Part shown: in pieces, positions 60,474 through 64,000 of the stretch
Layout of the letters: every line of letters starts with the position of its first letter
Position numbering within the stretch: position 1 is the first letter of the stretch
From: Octopus bimaculoides
Lineage: Eukaryota
Length of the DNA stretch: 64,000 bases
Reading direction: 5' to 3'
Assembly (NCBI RefSeq): GCF_001194135.2
Contig: NC_068987.1
Location: 81,718,005 to 81,782,004, forward strand
Notes under the pieces: generated by a model
The model's input: the letters and a program-made list of their open reading frames with translations, nothing else
What the model was told of the DNA's origin: nothing
Databases searched by the model: none
Program-made: the position numbers and the translations under genes

Positions 60474-61723
60474 CTAAAATTCATGAAGATATCTTCCAGC
60501 ACCGTATCAGAGATTATTATAAAAGTAGCAGGTTGTAATTATATATTTCGTTTTTAGTATTTTTAAGAAGATATTTGTCTAAAGTTGTTGTTATGAACTG
60601 AACCTAAACACAGCAGCCAAATCTCCCTCATACCACAGGAACAGGTATGGTGGTGTGGTTAAGAAGCCTGCTTCGTGATGATGAGGTCTTATGTTCAGTT
60701 TCATTGCTTGACACTTTGAACAGGGGCCTTCTACTATAACCTTGGGCTGACCAAAGCCTTGTGAGCAGATTTGGTAGACAGACACTAGGAAGAAGCTTGT
60801 TTTGTATGTGGGTAAGTGTGAGTGCGTGTGTGTGTGGGTGTGTGTGTGGGTGTGTATGTGTGTTCAAGCATGTGTGTTCATGCATGTGTGTTCATGCATG
60901 TGTTCATGCATGTGTGTGTGTGTGTACATGTGTGTGTGCGTGTATGTGTGTACATGTATGTGTGTGTGCATGTGTGTGCCAATGTGTGTGTGTGTGTTTG
61001 AATGTGCATGTACATGCATATGTGTGTGCATGCATGTGTGTACATGCATGTGTGTGTGCATGCATGTCCACGTTTGTGTGTGTGTACATGTGTGTGTGTG
61101 TGCGCCCTTGTCTTCACATTTTCTGATGGTTGGGATATAAGAATTACTGACATACAAGCTATGTTGTTCATTTCCAGTCTTCTGTGAAAAGCATTCTCTG
61201 GTCATGGGGGAAATATTAACTTGCTTGGAAACAGTTAAGGGTTGGTGACAGGAAGTGTATCCAGCCATAGAAAATCTGCCTCAGCAAATATCATTTCACC
61301 CAAGCATGCATAGAAAAGTGGACATACAGTGAAGATGGTGATTACTTTTCTAGGAAGATGTAGGTAAAACTAAACGTCAGGATGGTCACAGCTGGAGTGC
61401 TTTAAATACTTTTAGAAGTTAAATTAGTGTTAGCTTGGATTTAAACAACGTTATTAGACTTGGATAAATTTTACCTTTCATTCTTCTAGGGTCAATAAAA
61501 TAACAGTCAAGTACAGGGATCATCTAACTAACTGACCCCTTCCTCCAAATTTTATACCAAATTGCTCAGCCCTTTTATTTATATCTCTGTCTGTTATCTC
61601 TGAAACCTCCTTTTTATATTGTTTCTGATTCCTTCTTTCTATATCTCACTCTCTGCTCCTTTTTTTCCCCGCTCTGATTATTTCTGGTTCTCAAACAGCA
61701 TCCGTATGACCCTTGGAGGTCCT

Positions 61724-62139
61724 ATTTACTCTTTTACTTGTTTCAGTCATTTGACTGCGGCCATGCTGGAGCACTGCATGTAGTCAAGTAAATCGACCCC
61801 AGGACTTATTCTTTGTAAGCCTAGTACTTATTCTATCGGTCTCTTTTTGCCAAACTGTTAAGTTACGGGGACGTAAACACACCAGCATCAGTTGTCTAGT
61901 GATGTTGGGGTGGGGGGACAAACACAGACACACAAACATATACACACATACATATATATATATATACATATATACGATGGCCTTCTTTCAGTTTCCGTCT
62001 ACCAAATCCACTCATAAGACTTTGGTCGGCCTGAGGCTATAGTAGAAGACACTTGCCTGAGGTGCCATGCAGTGGGACTGAACCCAGAATCATGTGGTTG
62101 GTAAGCAAGCTACTTACCACACAGCCACTCCTGCGCCTA
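61724..62139 (-). mobile_element. SINE family A, full length
   Basis: Same head, core and tail as 17761-18169; ends CCTGCGCCTA. Confidence 0.88.
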
Positions 62140-62602
62140 TAGGATTTTGTTGTTAAAATTTATCTAAAATACATTGGTTATGCTTCTACAATAAACAAAA
62201 GATTTTAATTTTTTTTTTAATAAAATTCCTAATAATATTTTATTATAAATATATGACAGAATTTTGTAAACAACAAATGGCTATGGAAGTCCATCTGAGT
62301 AAAACAAGAACCTAAGATGTCTATAGATAAAAAAAAATATGGTTGAGACCCACTGCTATAGATATACCTATCCCAGTTAATTTATTACTCTCTGTTTACT
62401 GATATCCAATTATATTTAAATACCAATTATCTACTTGGACAGCCAATTAGCAGACTCCAAGTCTCGTTAATAAATCCAGTAGCACAATAAATTTTATCAA
62501 ATAATACTCATACTTTGGTCGTTTGTGTCTCAATACTCCTTCTATTTGCATGACAAGATGATTGCTTCCTTGCTACAACACTATATATTCCTCTCACTGA
62601 TC

Positions 62603-62652
<50 letters not shown>

Positions 62653-62929
62653 GTATCAACAAAAGTGCATGTGTCTTGATTTATTGATTCAGTTTTGATG
62701 AGATGACAGTTGGGTCACATGTAATGTAGCTTAAAATTACATAATATGGACATTCTATCCATTTCCACCATGTTAAATGCTTTATCTGATTCAAATGTTA
62801 TTGAAACAAACGTAACCTAAGAATAAGTGTAATAGGCACAAAGTCACACACCCAATCAATACTACTAACCCGCCTCTCCCAGTTGAGGGGGTTTTGTCTT
62901 GCAAGGTACTAGGTGGTCCTGTTCGTGAT

Positions 62930-63260
62930 GTACCATATAAAAAGCACAGGGGTTAGTGCCACATAAAAAGCACTGGCGCCATGTTAAAAGCACTGGTGCT
63001 CGTGCCATGTAAAAGGCATTGGTGCTGGTGCCATGTAAAAGGCACGGTTGTTGGTGCCACATAAAAATCCCCAGGACACTCTGTAAAGGGGTTGGTGTAA
63101 GGGAGGGCATCCAACAGTAGAAACCAAGCCAAAGCAGACTACAGAACCTTCTGTGGCTCCTGGCCTAGCCAGCTCCTGTCAAGCCATCTAACTCATGCCA
63201 GCATGGAAAACAGATGTTAAATTATCGCAATGAGGATGATGATGATGATGATGATGATGA
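62930..63260 (+). mobile_element. RTE LINE 3' tail with internal tandem repeats
   Basis: About 5 units of GTGCCA(C/T)(A/G)TAAAA(A/G)GCAC, then GGGAGGGCATCCAACAGTAGAAACC...CATGCCAGCATGGAAAAC...(GAT)n. Confidence 0.75.
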
Positions 63261-63289
63261 TGCATGTGTGTGTGTGTGTGTTTGTCAGA

Positions 63290-63815
63290 GTGTAAGCAGC
63301 CTGAGAGAAAAGTCAGGCGTAATGTGGTGTGCAAGAGAGATGAATGTGCTGGTATGGTCATGTGATGTGTATGGATGAGGACAGTTGTGTCAAGAAGTAC
63401 CGATCTCTAATTATGGAGGGAACCTGTGGTAGAGGTAGACCCAGGAAAACATGGGATGAGGTAGTGAAGCATGATCTCCAAACTTTGGGTCTCACAGAGG
63501 CAATGACTAGTGACTGAGACCTCTGGTGATATACTGCATGTGAGAAGAACCAACAAGCCAAGTGAAATCACAGTTGTGGCTGATTCTGGTATCATGTAAG
63601 CAGCACCCATGCAGGTGGCACATAAAAAGCACCTTTCAAGGGTTGAGCCTCATGGAGATAAAGTGGTTGAGCTCCTTTCAAATGTTGGGCCTCACAGAGG
63701 CAATGACTGAGACTTTTGGCATTATGTGGTGCTTTGGAAGAAGACCCATCAAGCCAAGTAAAATCACAATCGTGGAAGATACCAGTGTCACGCAAATTGC
63801 ACCCATGCCAAAGAC
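63290..63815 (+). mobile_element. RTE LINE ORF C-terminus and start of 3' UTR, with internal tandem duplication
   Basis: CGVQER.MCWYGHVMCMDEDSCVKKYRSLIMEGTCGRGRPRKTWDEVVKHDLQTLGLTEAMTSD. The segment CTCACAGAGGCAATGACT...CAAGCCAAGT(G/A)AAATCACA occurs twice. Confidence 0.85.
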
Positions 63816-64000
63816 ACACATACATGGATATTATATCTGATGGGATTCTTTCAGTTTCTGTCTACTAAATCCACTCGCAAGGACTTGGTCTACTCTAGGC
63901 TATAGTAGAAGACACTTGCCCAAGAGGCTACGCAGTAGGAGTGAACCCCGAAGTATGTGGTTGGTTAGCAAACTCGTTGCCATACAACTATGCCTGTTGT

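Noticed and set aside
1-64000. Uni-strand piRNA-cluster-like TE trap
   Set aside because: TE fragments occur in both orientations in about equal numbers, and this TE density may be ordinary for such a genome. Only small-RNA data could support the idea.

Overview
This is AT-rich eukaryotic genomic DNA with 8 assembly gaps (N runs at 7569-7938, 10018-10707, 19043-19346, 20379-21080, 22419-22672, 40039-40406, 41986-42599, 51808-52213). The SINE and RTE-tail families and the dense TA/CA/CATA/GAT microsatellites resemble those of octopus genomes; that species assignment is inference from memory, not a database match. I find no intact protein-coding gene, rRNA, tRNA or CRISPR array. The window is mostly a graveyard of nested transposable elements: RTE and CR1 LINEs, three Penelope-like fragments, RLE-type non-LTR elements (HERO-like and R4/Dong-like), a decayed Gypsy, three Tc1 copies, a mariner, a probable Chapaev-like fragment, pogo/hAT/piggyBac/mariner MITEs and three tRNA-derived SINE families. 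Most long ORFs in the supplied track are artefacts of microsatellites or N runs. The most interesting items are a full-length Tc1 whose transposase is split by an intron, an inverted pair of Tc1 copies that share disablements and both end in an RTE tail, an R4-like element sitting in a (CATA)n tract, and a 12/72-bp minisatellite ORF split by a hAT MITE. A few isolated exon-like segments could belong to an unidentified host gene or pseudogene. Element boundaries without a TIR or TSD are approximate, and all protein family assignments come from motif recognition by eye.
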